Below are positions 12,301 to 23,600 of a stretch of 64,000 nucleotides of DNA, one piece after another (within the stretch, counting starts at the first letter, position 1; the number at the start of each line of letters is the position of its first letter). The position numbers were made by a program, and so were the translations under genes. The DNA comes from Tubulanus polymorphus (taxonomy: Eukaryota; Animalia; Nemertea): contig NC_134027.1 in assembly GCF_964204645.1 (NCBI RefSeq), positions 22,902,560 through 22,966,559 on the forward strand, in the 5' to 3' direction. The notes under the pieces were generated by a model that was given only the letters and a program-made list of their open reading frames with translations, ran no database searches and had not been told where the DNA came from.

Positions 12301-15300
12301 TAACGTAATACTTACATAGAACATTGATAGCAATACTACCAGCAACTGATCCTGCTATATTCGATACGTTACATGTATAAAAACCTGAATCAGTTCTACT
12401 GATTCGTGTAAACCTGAGTTTATTATTAGACTGTCCTGATAGATTGGCACCACTCCATTTATACGTCAGTCCTGTAGCTCCAGACTGTGAACTGTCACAT
12501 GTGATTGTTAATTGTGAATTCTCCTGTACTTTGACGATGTTGTCGATGGCGGCGGTTGGTTCAGATGTTAGAACTGGTCCACTCGGGGGCGCTGTAAATA
12601 TGAAACTATATTGGAAACTACGGGGGTTTCGGTGGTTCATTTATTCATAGATTTAGGCAATTTTAAAGAAATCATCAACATAAGAATTAATACATCAACA
12701 TGAATCAGTTGTAGATCACAAAATATCCGTGATAAAACGATAAGAGTAAAATCCCACTATAAATGAATTGATAGATAAAAAGTTTAATTCGAATGTAAGA
12801 AATATTACCCTCCTTCAGTCTAAAATGACTTTAAAAAAAACGCATGTACATAAATACATTGTCTATGCATGAAATAAGATACGAATTACTGCACATTAAG
12901 TAATGGGGACAGGAGTATTGACATATTTTGAAAAACAGATGTAATGGGGGCTGAAACCTTTATTGAGGTTGACAGAGAGTTCGGAATGAGTACAAATCAA
13001 AAGCGGATTCTTACTATGTGGTGTCTATAGTGAGATTGCTGTTTGGAAAAGCAATATTGGCTCCAGGGAATTCAAAAGTATGCCCGATTTGCAAAGAATA
13101 GAGACTACTTACCCCACATATCTAATTTCACCCTCTTAAAAGCATCTCGTTTATGTTCCTTGATTCTTCCCAGTTTCCCCAATATAAAAAGGTTACAATC
13201 AGGGCAGTGAGAACAGAACAGGAAAATATACTTTTTTAGCTTTGTGAAGTGCTTTCTCTAAAAAGGTTGATTATGTTACTAAAATTTCAGCGTTGTGCAC
13301 ACATAAAGTGAAATTGACCATGATTCTGGGGCATTTTGGGCGGCCATAGCCCCTTAATGCCCCAACCAAAAAATGCAAGAAAGCACTTTTACCCGATAAT
13401 TTATTTGGAAGTATTGAAATTTGCAATCAAACCTATTGTACGCTAAAATGGAATTGAAACCCACCTTTGAGCTCTCCTTCCATCTAAAATATCATTGCCT
13501 AAAAAGTTTTTATCACAAATCCTTAGAAGCTCCAAGGGAAAGACCCTGAACAACCACCACTTTAAGGTAAGCTTGAGTGAATGGAAAGAAATTCAGGTAC
13601 GATTCACAGCTAGTAAGTTTACGAAAAACAGAGAAACCTAATCTCGAATTAAGATTTTGTATGAAAACATCCAAAAATGGGTTTTTTCCATCGAACTCCC
13701 ACTCGAAGGTAAACTTCTAGGAAGGATAAATAAAGGCTCAAGTATAGTATACGGAAAAGTAGAACGATGAGACTTTTCACAAGCAAAAATCAATGCGCCA
13801 GAGATCAGTGTAGGTTAGTTTTACTTGCCGACATCGCCGACATTGCCGACATTGGGAAAGAGATATTTAATGTCGGTTAGTTTAACTTGCCGACATCGCC
13901 GACATTGCCGACATTGGGAAATAGATATTTAATGTTGGTGACCAAATCACAACTTCAGTTTCTATATAATCATACACCGGAGGAACTACAATCCCATATA
14001 CTATACTTGATCCTAAATAAAGGGAATTAAGAAATGTCAAAAGATGTCAAGGATGAGATCAGTTGACACTAAACATAAAATATAATCGACATAACTGCGC
14101 CATAGAAGAGGCGCGAATATAGGGCAAAATTTCAGATTCAATGTGTTCTAAGAAAAGGTTAGCTAGAGTAGGCGATAGAGGCCCGTAGCGAAATCATATA
14201 GCGCAAAGAAAATGCCATCAAATTGAAAATAGGCTCTTCTAGCGCATAATTCTAAAATATCAACGAGACAGTTAACTGAGGCAGGATAATTCAAATTACA
14301 GGACGGGAGTTAACGTTTGATAAAATCTGAAGTGAGTTCCAGAGGGATCTATGCTGTGAATAGAGAGACTGTGTAAAAAGAAATGAACTTGTTACAATTA
14401 GGGGTAATGTGACGTCTTGTAGTAAATCAATATCATGTTTGATATGAGAACCAGAGAACGAACCAACAAAGGAGAAAGCGTTTTTTCAATCGAGGATCCA
14501 GAAAGATATCAAGAGGGAGAGCCCCTTCTTGAGATGATAAGATGCGTAAAGGGACATTACTTTTACGAATCTTAGGGGGGCTGTAAGGATAAGGCGGTAA
14601 GCTGGGTAATCGGCTGGTCAATTTCATAATAAATCTATCATCAGTAGGGTGTTAACATATACTGTGTATTTATGTTGGCAGTCATTTTAGACTGAAGAAG
14701 GGTGGCAGCAACCACCCTTTCTAATATTTCAAATATTAAACAAGTTAGCAATCAATTCATTTATCGCGGGATTTTACTCTTATAAATCAACATGCTACAA
14801 ATGATTAGAGTACGTGTAAAATGTTACACGTTTTACTCACGTTAATTTAATTAATAAAGCTTTTATAATGTTATTACTCGTCACATTTTTTAACTCGCAG
14901 TCAGTGAATTGTTCAAACCCAGATCACATGGTGAATGCAATTTCACAGTCACTCTTCATCACTGAACACGATAAGAAAAATGAGATATTATTGAACTTTT
15001 TATCATTCTTACCTATTACAGTAATTATTGTGTTACTATTTGGAAAAGAGTTCATGTAATCACACTTCCACTTTCCAGAATCAATCATCCGTACATTAGT
15101 GATACGTATACCATAGCGTCCAGCTGTGACGTCACATTCTCCTGTGTACCCAGTGATAGTTCCCCTAGGACAGTTAATCTCGTCAAACTCAAACTGCCCC
15201 GATTGGCCAGCTATTGTTATTCTGAAACCGCAGAAATGTTTTCCGGGTGGTGAAACCTGACATTGTACGACAGTGGTGCCACCTAGTTTTACAACTTCTG

Positions 15301-16757
15301 GTGATGCAACTGTCGTGAGTGTCGTATCCGCTGCGTCTATACAGTTCTGCTGTTGTCCTAGAAATATTCAAAACCCTCATATATATAATTTGTTGACCAA
15401 TCAAAACCTTAGGCATGATGTCAAATGTTGTTGCTACACATGTATTAAGTCCCAAAAAAGGCGATCAGCAATCGTATTAACCGCATTGATTTACTATGGA
15501 AATGAAACATAGGGACCGAAAATTTTCATCGTTTTAAACGGATTTTTCATGTCATCGAGTTTGCATTTTTACTAGTTTCTCGTACAAATCATTGCCATAC
15601 AGCGAGTTTCGTAATAGCACGTCTCGTATTAACGAGGTTCCACTGTATATAGACCATACGACGATCTCTAGAGAGAGTTCGAAACTTGGTACGTTTACAA
15701 AGAGGATTCAGTGACGAAAATCTGGTAAAGATGCATTGAGCGCTACAGCGTCTAGTGTTATAATATCTGTTGCTTTTCGGTTTTTATGAGAACAAATTGA
15801 ATACTCCTGTTAAATAGAATCTTTGTTCGTTATCATTTTTCTTCTTTTTACACAGTTGGAAATTTAAGAAAATGTCATGAAATGCGCATTGTCAGTAATG
15901 GATCAGGTGATTGATGAAATCAGTGTAAATCGGGGTTTGAAACTGCCATTTGCTCTGACAGCGGTTAATTCGGCAACGATCGACAATTCAAAAAAGCAAA
16001 AACCTGGCTCCCTCATGCCATCTTTACTGCATTTTCTACCTAAATCAAAATATATGAAACGCCAGGCTCATCGTCAATCCTACTTGCATTTCACGGTAGA
16101 AATATGCCTCCCGCGTCACTTTTGAGAAACCAGTGCGTGATGAGAAACACGGTATGAATTTTGAATGGCCTTAATTAGTGGTAGTATTTACCTGCTGTAG
16201 ATCTAACGCAGAGAACAACAATCACAAACACACACCAAACTACCGGTACATTCTGAATATATATTAGAACAATAAATTACTTGTGTTTGTCATAACCAAA
16301 ATTTTCATTTCAAAATCAATTAAATCGACGTCTCTTTGAAACGTGTTGATGGACTTAAAAACTATTTAACTATTTATAACCATATGTTTGTAATCGAAAG
16401 CAGTAATGCTAGATCTATTGACGAATAAGCCGCCTGATCTCTCTAAACTCAAAATTGTTTGAACCATTTTATCAATGGAATGAAGTCTTTGCTTTGATTA
16501 TGGAGTGCCTTTAAATAAAGTCAAGTCGTGTGAAAATTCGTTTGAGTAACTTATGAATCTGAACATATTATGGAACTATCGGTTATTTTTAATAACAAAT
16601 CCATGTGTGGAACTAACACAATTGTCTTACAGTTGAAAGGTGGCCGTGCTGGCTATTAGTAATGTTTCAGGCCAGTCGCCTATATGCGTGTCTACGATTG
16701 TACTGCATATATATATATAGGCCTATGTGTACTCACTTGGACGCGTTGGTCGTTCAT
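332..16757 (-). CDS. Gene A1: multi-exon nephrin-like IgSF receptor (signal peptide, V, 10 further Ig, FN3, FN3-like, TM, long Tyr-rich tail), ~1620 aa
   Basis: Manually spliced GT-AG exons, all in frame: 16737-16757 (MNDQRVQ), 16192-16252 (leader NVPVVWCVFVIVVLCVRSTAG), V 15013-15357, Ig 12316-12591, 11134-11409, 10703-11005, 10207-10482, 9776-10078, 9333-9659, 7256-7531, 6832-7131, 6424-6750, 5398-5670, FN3 4759-5064, FN3-like 3993-4271, TM 3646-3784, tail 3481-3542, 3308-3385, 2860-2886, 2467-2487, 2037-2090, 1310-1381, 1021-1125, 332-687. CxxxxSNP/GGNP Ig motifs and the WVSEFEGGAKQTF FN3 motif resemble the nephrin/Sidestep family. Confidence 0.85.
8054..8773. mobile_element. Non-autonomous DNA transposon/MITE with ~70 bp TIRs
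   Basis: TACGACGGCGTCCTAG...CTAGGACGCCGTCGTA termini with extended inverted similarity; not seen at the equivalent B1 position. Confidence 0.75.
12740..14785 (-). mobile_element. Decayed Penelope-like element copy in the A1 intron
   Basis: Reverse-complement copy of 19572-21375 (ORF 14433..14627) with a nested MITE. Confidence 0.72.
13735..14013. mobile_element. A1-specific MITE nested in the Penelope fragment, with an internal 2x62 bp tandem repeat
   Basis: TIR GGCTCAAGTATAGTATA / TATACTATACTTGATCC flanked by duplicated TAAATAAA; empty site in the other three copies; repeat units start at 13813 and 13875. Confidence 0.75.
15013..15357 (-). CDS. V-like N-terminal Ig exon of A1 (missed by the ORF track)
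   Basis: 345-nt phase 1-1 exon: QQQNCIDAADTTLTTVASPEVVKLGGTTVVQCQVSPPGKHFCGFRITIAGQSGQFEFDEINCPRGTITGYTGECDVTAGRYGIRITNVRMIDSGKWKCDYMNSFPNSNTIITVI; V-set-like IxNVxxxDSGxWxC motif. Confidence 0.85.
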
Positions 16758-17694
16758 TTTTTTCCAAATATCCTCGCGATCAACATATCGATTATTTTGA
16801 AAGAAGAAATTGGTTTTAAGTTTACAAGTATAATCACCGCTTCCTTTCAACGTCGCAATCAAACACGTATGTCAAACCTAAGCCTAACGATTGCGAGGTA
16901 ATAGAATCACGTAGACGAACACAAACCGGTAATCCAAATTTAGAAAACGTCTAATCAAAGAGAAACTTCGAAACTGAAAACGTCTGGTCGATTTTCACTT
17001 CCTGGTCGCATTATACACACTTGATTTATATCTACACATACCTACATACAATATAGGCCTACCCGCGGCGTATGTGCCTAGTTGACAGCAGTACCAGTTA
17101 CTTGACGACATTCTTCTGATTTATAATGCCTACACTCTATACATAAACAGCTATTATAGTCCTATATTCTTGAAGGTTATTGATTAAGTATCTTTGTTCA
17201 TTGCGGGAAAACCCACTCAGTATAGGTCTTGTATTTTCGTGTAAACATCGGCATTCAACACTGAATATCGATGATGAAACTGATTCTTGTCGGTATCATT
17301 CGCTATATTTACCTAACTTCCTGGTCGGAATAGAAATACGTCTTTTTTAAGTATTCATTCGACAGAAATTCTAAGCGCTCTTCATCCTGTTAATACGTAG
17401 ATCAGCAATTTGCTTGAATGTTGTAAGTTAATCGTTTTACTATGAAGTCTAAATTTAAAAAAATCTTCCTTTCGCTTTGCTCTTGTTTTTTTTTATTTAC
17501 GTAACGAAGGTCACAAAACTCAATTGCTAAAGGTCAGAAAAACACTTTATTTTTTTCAGTGTTATCACATTCGATTATAGTTACAGTTTCTTTATTTGTA
17601 ATGATATTTGTCTAAAGTATTTGTTATGTTATGATATTTGTATACTATTTTCTTATTGAAGGTATTCTGTGGTTCTTTGAAAAGCATATAGAGC
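16758..17694. promoter_or_regulatory. Putative bidirectional promoter of A1/B1 with IRF-, ETS- and kB-like sites
   Basis: Lies between the divergent ATGs. GAAACTGAAA 16970-16979 (GAAANNGAAA), ACTTCCTGGTCG at 16997 and 17316, GGGAAAACCC 17205-17214. Confidence 0.6.
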
Positions 17695-20600
17695 ATGTAT
17701 GGAAAGGTAAGGATGAGAGCTACCACGTATTTCATCCAAATTCATTTTTGTAGATTAAATCTATGCAGTTACATTGATTAACTAAAGCTTGTGACTGATA
17801 AATGCGTGGTAAATCATTATCTATCGAAATCCAAACGAAAACTGATTTCGAAGCCGATATCACACGTGACAAATTAGTAATGCACACATTAATTTTCGGT
17901 CCCGGTTTGACGGTGTTATTTATCAACAAAATTTTTTGATTAACAAATTCACATCTAGCGCAGACAGACACCCCTGATATTCTAACATCAAGCAGATTGT
18001 GAAATCACGCTGCTTCAGTACATTATCTTCATTACAGATGTGTTTGGCAGGGATTGTGGTATCATTTCTAATGTGGAAAGGAATAATCGGTAATATACAG
18101 TACAAATTTCTACTTGCAAAGCCGACCACAAGTGACATGATTAATTAATTTTGCATTGTGAATGTAACAAAAATCATTAGAAGACATGCAGTCATCGGCT
18201 TTTCATGAGATTTGACATCAGGATAAAAGTTCCTTAATCCATTAGTAAGAACGCGCTAATCCGTGTACGCTGTAGATGATTGAAGAAATCCCGCAATTCG
18301 AATTTGAATGAAAAGTTTACTTTTTTATCGTAAAAAAATTGAATTGTGGGATTTCTTCAATTAATTCCTTAATCCACTTAGTATCCATAATGACAGAATA
18401 TTTAATGCATAATCCTGTCCTTTTTCAAAGCAAATTTGATTATGAGAAGTTTTGTACATCCTCTACCCGACCATCATTACGATTTCCCTCAAATTTCAAC
18501 TCCGACTCACTTCAGCATATCAAGGCCTAACAACTAATAGATTGACGCAGTTTATACTCAACACAGATGACCTGATACGTTTCGTAATTCAAATATATAT
18601 TCTTACAACGATAACTCGGACGCAATTTCATAAACGTTTTTCCTGATAAAAGTTTATACCAAGGAAATGCACTGTTAATGATATCTTGAGGAAATACAAT
18701 CTGTGAGCAACGTTGCTAGAATGTTTTGACATCATATGAATGATATCATGCGAAATATGTAATGAATAAATCATGTATCTAAAATCATGTTGATTCAGTT
18801 TATAATCGCGTAAGTAGAAATCTGACTAATTCCACGTTTTTGTCACGAATTAATAATTATTTGTGGATAGTTTTTCAACAACCTTCTCTGCATTTATAGA
18901 ATAAGGCTTCGTATATTGACTTCAACTCGAGTTATGATGTACCAGTTGATATCTGTCTAAAGTCGACTATAAACAAACTTTCATTTCCATTGAAAATTTC
19001 AGGGCAGCAACAGAACTGTATCGACGCAACGGATACGACGCTCACGACAGTTGCAACACCAGCAGTTGTAAAACTAGGTGGCAGCACTTTCGTACGATGT
19101 CAGGTTTCACCACCCGGTAAACATTTATGCGGTTTCAGAATAACAATATCTGGCCAATCGGGACAGTTTGCGTTTAACTGTCCTCGTGGAACTATCACTG
19201 AACCCCGGTACTTTGGACAATGTGACATCACAGCTGGACGCTATGGTATACGTATCCATAATGTACAGATGATTGATTCTGGAAAGTGGAGGTGTGATTA
19301 CATGAACTCTTTTCCAAACAGTAACGCAATAATTACTGTAAGAGGTAAGCATGATAAAAAGTTCAATAATATCTCATTTCCCTTATCGTGTTCAGTGATG
19401 AAGAGTGACTGTGAAATTGCATTCACCATGTGATCTGGGTTTGAACAATTCACTGACTGCGAGTTAAAAATGTGACGAGTAATAACATTATAAAAGCTTT
19501 ATTAATTAAATTAACGCGAGTAAAACGTGTAACATTTTACGCGTACTCTAATCATTTGTAGCATGTTGATTTATAAGAGTAAAATCCCGCGATAAATGAA
19601 TTGATTGCTAACTTGTTTAATATTTGAAATATTAGAAACATATCGGGTGGTTGCTGCCACCCTTCTTCAGTCTAAAATGACTGCCCAAATAAATACACAG
19701 TATATGTTAACATCCTACTGATGATAAATTTATTATGAAATTGACCAGCCGATTACCCAGCTTACCGACTTATCCTTACGGTCCCCCTAAGATTCGTAAA
19801 AGTAATGTCCCTTTACGCATCTTATCATCTCAAGAAGGGGCTCTCCCTCTTGATATCTTTCTCGATCCTCGATTGAAAAAACGCTTTCTCCTTTGTTGGT
19901 TCGTTCTCTGGTTCTCATATGAAACAAGATATGGATTTACTACAAGACGTCACGTTACCCTCAATGGCAACAAGTTCATTTCTTTTGACACAGTCTCTCT
20001 ATTCACAGCATAGATCCCTCTGCAACTCACTTCAGATTTTATTAAACGTAAACTCCCGTCCAGTAATTTGAATTTTCCTGCCTCAGTTAACTGTCTCGTT
20101 GATCTTTTAGAATTATGCGCTAGAAGAGCCTATTTTCAATTTGATAGCATTTTCTTTGCGCAATATGATTTCGCTAAAGGCCTCTATCGCCTATTATTGA
20201 CTAGCTAACCTTTTCTTAGAACGACATTGAATCTGAAATTTTACCCTATATTCGCGCCTCTTCTATGGCGCAGTTATGTCGATTATATTTTATGTTTAGT
20301 ATCAACTGATCTCATCCTTGACATCTTTTGACATTTCTTAATTCCCTTTATTTATCCTTCCTAGCAGTTAACCTCCGAGTGGGAGTTCGATGGAAGAAAC
20401 CCATTTTTTGATGTTTTCAGACAAAATCTTAATTCGGGATTATAGGTTTCTCTGTTTTTTGAAAACTTACTAGCTGTGAATCCTACCTGAATTTCTTTCC
20501 ATTCACTCAAACTTACCTTAAAGTGGTGGTTGTTCAGGGTCTTTCCCTTGGGCCTTGGATTTGTGATAAAAACTTTTTAGGCCATGATATTTTACATAGT

Positions 20601-23600
20601 AGGGGAGCTCAAAGGTGGGTTTCAATTCCATTTTAGCGTACAATAGGTTTGATGGCAAATTCCAATATTTCCAAATAAATTATCTGGTAAAAGTGCTTTC
20701 TTGCATTTTTTGCTTGGGGCATTAAGGGGCTATGGCCGCTCAAAAATGCTTCAGAATCATGGTCAATTTCACTTTATTTGTGTACAACGCTGAAATCTTA
20801 GTAACATAATTAACCTTTTTTTGAAAAAAACTTGCATACCCGGACAAAGTTTTAGAGAAAGCACTTCACAAAGCTAATAAAGTATCTTTCCCTGTTCTGC
20901 TCTCACTGTCCTGATTGTAACCTTTTTATATTGGGGAAACTGGGAAGAATCAAGGAACATAAACGGGATGCTTTAAAGAGGGTGAAATTAGATATGTGGG
21001 GTAGTCTCTATTCTTTGCAAATCGGGCATACTTTTGAATTTTCTGGAGCCAATATTCCTTTTCCAAACAGCAATCTCACTATAGACACCACATAGTAAGA
21101 ATCCGCTTTTGATTTGTACTCATTCTGACCGCTCTGTCAACCTCAATGAAGGTTTTAGCCCCCATTAGATCTGTGTTTCAAAATATGTCAGTACTCCAGT
21201 CCCCATAACTTAATGTGCAGTAATTCGTATCTTATTTCATGCATAGACAATGTATTTATGTACATGCGCTGTGTTTTATTTTGCAAGTCATTTTAGACTG
21301 AAGGAGGGTAATATTTCTCACATTCGAAGTAAACTTTTTAGCTATCAATTCATTTAGTGTGGAATTTTACTCGTATCGTTTTATCACGGATATTTTGTGA
21401 TCTACAACTGATTCATGTTGATGTATTAATTTTGATGTGGATGATTTCTTTTAAATTGCCAAAATCAATAATTTGGCAGGCGTATTGAAAATGTACCATC
21501 GAAACCTCCGTGGTTTCAAAATACATGCAGTTTCATAATTACAGCGCCCCCGAGTGGACCAGTTCTAACATCTCAACCAAACACCGCCATCAACAACATC
21601 GTCACAGTACAGGAGAATTCACCATTAACAATCACATGTGACGGTTCACAGTCTGGAGCTACAGGACTGACGTATATATGGAGTGGTGTCAATCCATCAG
21701 GACGGTCTAATAATAGACTCAGTTTTACACGAATCAGTAAAACTGATTCAGGTGTTTATACATGTACAGCATCGAATACAGCAGGAACAGTTACTGGTAA
21801 TATTGCCATCAATGTTCTATGTAAGTATTACGTTGAGATAGATGAACACACGTGATTTACCTAGTATTCATATTAGGTAATTTGTAGCAAAAATTTGTTG
21901 GAAATAACCCAGTCAATGGATTCAAAGGAGTTCGTTTTTCAAATCTGTGTTTCATCGATTTCGAAATATTCGAAACGAAATATTTATAGGTACCTTCCTA
22001 TATCTGCGTTGAATGCTGAGGAAAACGCGCGCGACTCCTTTATGGAGTTTATTATGAAGTGCATTTATTTTATAAGGCTGAATTATTATCAAATGACATT
22101 TTGTCACATCGGTATAAAGCAATTATCTAGGATAATGAAGTAGGCACGAAAATATCGTCAGATTACCACAAAATAATAATCTAAACGCGTTTATCCTTTA
22201 ACCACGGACTCTTCTGAGGCATATTTTACCCTATTCAATCGGGTGTGTTCTAGACCCCTTATGTCCCATTAATCATAACAGATATACATATTTCATTCAA
22301 ATGAATCTTCCCATCGATCGATATTCACGATATTTCCTCTGAAGTATATTCGTCACGATTTTGATCGGGTGAGACGCAGCTTTGAAAAGTATGCGGCAGT
22401 TTACCAGCGAACCGTAACGATTAAAACATCAATAACGTACGAGAAATTTATTCATGCGAATGCATTGTTGGACTTGACTCGATACTTCATATTTCATATC
22501 TATTTGAATGAGAGAAATAACTCAGTAAAAAGCTTCATGCAAAAGCTTATGCTTGTAATAAATATGATTTTTAATGCATTTCAAATGAATTTTGGCCGGT
22601 AATCTGAAATATGAAATTGTACAGAATAATCTGTTGCTGTTGTACATATAACTCATCGATAAAGATAATCGCTTTTTAACACTTTTAATTTCAGACCCGC
22701 CAAGTAGTGTTACATTACAAGGACCGACGTCACCCGTTCAGGAATCCGTATCTGTTAACGTAAAGTGTACAGCTACAGGGGGTAACCCGGTACCGAACCT
22801 CGCCATAACTAGAACACCAGGGGGTAGCACGATAAAACAAGGAATAAGCCCTCTAACATATTCAACATCCGTCACTAAAACAGATAACCAGGCAGAATAT
22901 CAATGTACAGCTACTGGGGCTGGTATACCGACACCAATGATTTCTAATAAAGTTAGATTAACTGTCAAATGTAAGTACTATACATTGTTTACAAATTACT
23001 TGTTATTCCCATGAAGTAATTGCGGTTCTATTTTTGATATAATTCTGTTTCGTCAACACACCCGGATTTTGACAATATCGAGAACGAATGATTTCTAGTT
23101 CAAGCAACAACGCTGAAAATGGTGAAGAAACCGGCTGATTATGTATTAGTAAACAACAATCAACAGATAGAGTGTAAAACTGACTCGTCAAACCCGGTTG
23201 TACAGATTCAGTGGTTCACATATTCCTCTACAACATGGAAACTACTTGACCCTCGACCAGCTACGAGTCAAACAAGTGCCGCCAATCACGGGTTTGTGGC
23301 TACTAGCACATTATCTATTACTGCGACTAAAACCATGAATCGAGCTCAATACAGATGTCAAACTGGAAATCTTTACAAAGATACAACGATTACCGTTTAC
23401 TGTAAGTTTAAAATACATTAGTTCTAAAATATATCATTTCAGATCATTCGAAAATATTTCGCACCGAATTAATTACCAAATGAAACCTGTTTCTAAACTA
23501 CACGTAGAGGTTCATTAATGAGAGTGAATTGAGAATTTATATGAAATTCGTTCTATTTTGAATCATGACGTTTCGGCTTCAATCCTTCAATTTTTTTCCG

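Noticed and set aside
13813-13936. CRISPR-like repeat
   Set aside because: Only two 62-bp tandem units without unique spacers, inside a MITE, in eukaryotic DNA.
332-16757. Assigning a gene symbol such as NPHS1, sns or hemicentin
   Set aside because: Similarity is at family-motif level only; the V domain, extra domain, tails and multicopy state argue against a simple orthologue.
15358-19002. Invertible single promoter/leader shared by A and B (phase-variation-like switch)
   Set aside because: Each direction has its own start and leader exons, both copies of the spacer have the same orientation relative to the tails, and no recombinase or recombination signal is visible. Inversion would only swap leaders or distal domains.
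15013-19344. V(D)J-like rearranging segments
   Set aside because: V exons are complete with normal splice sites; I found no heptamer/nonamer pairs or J-like segments.
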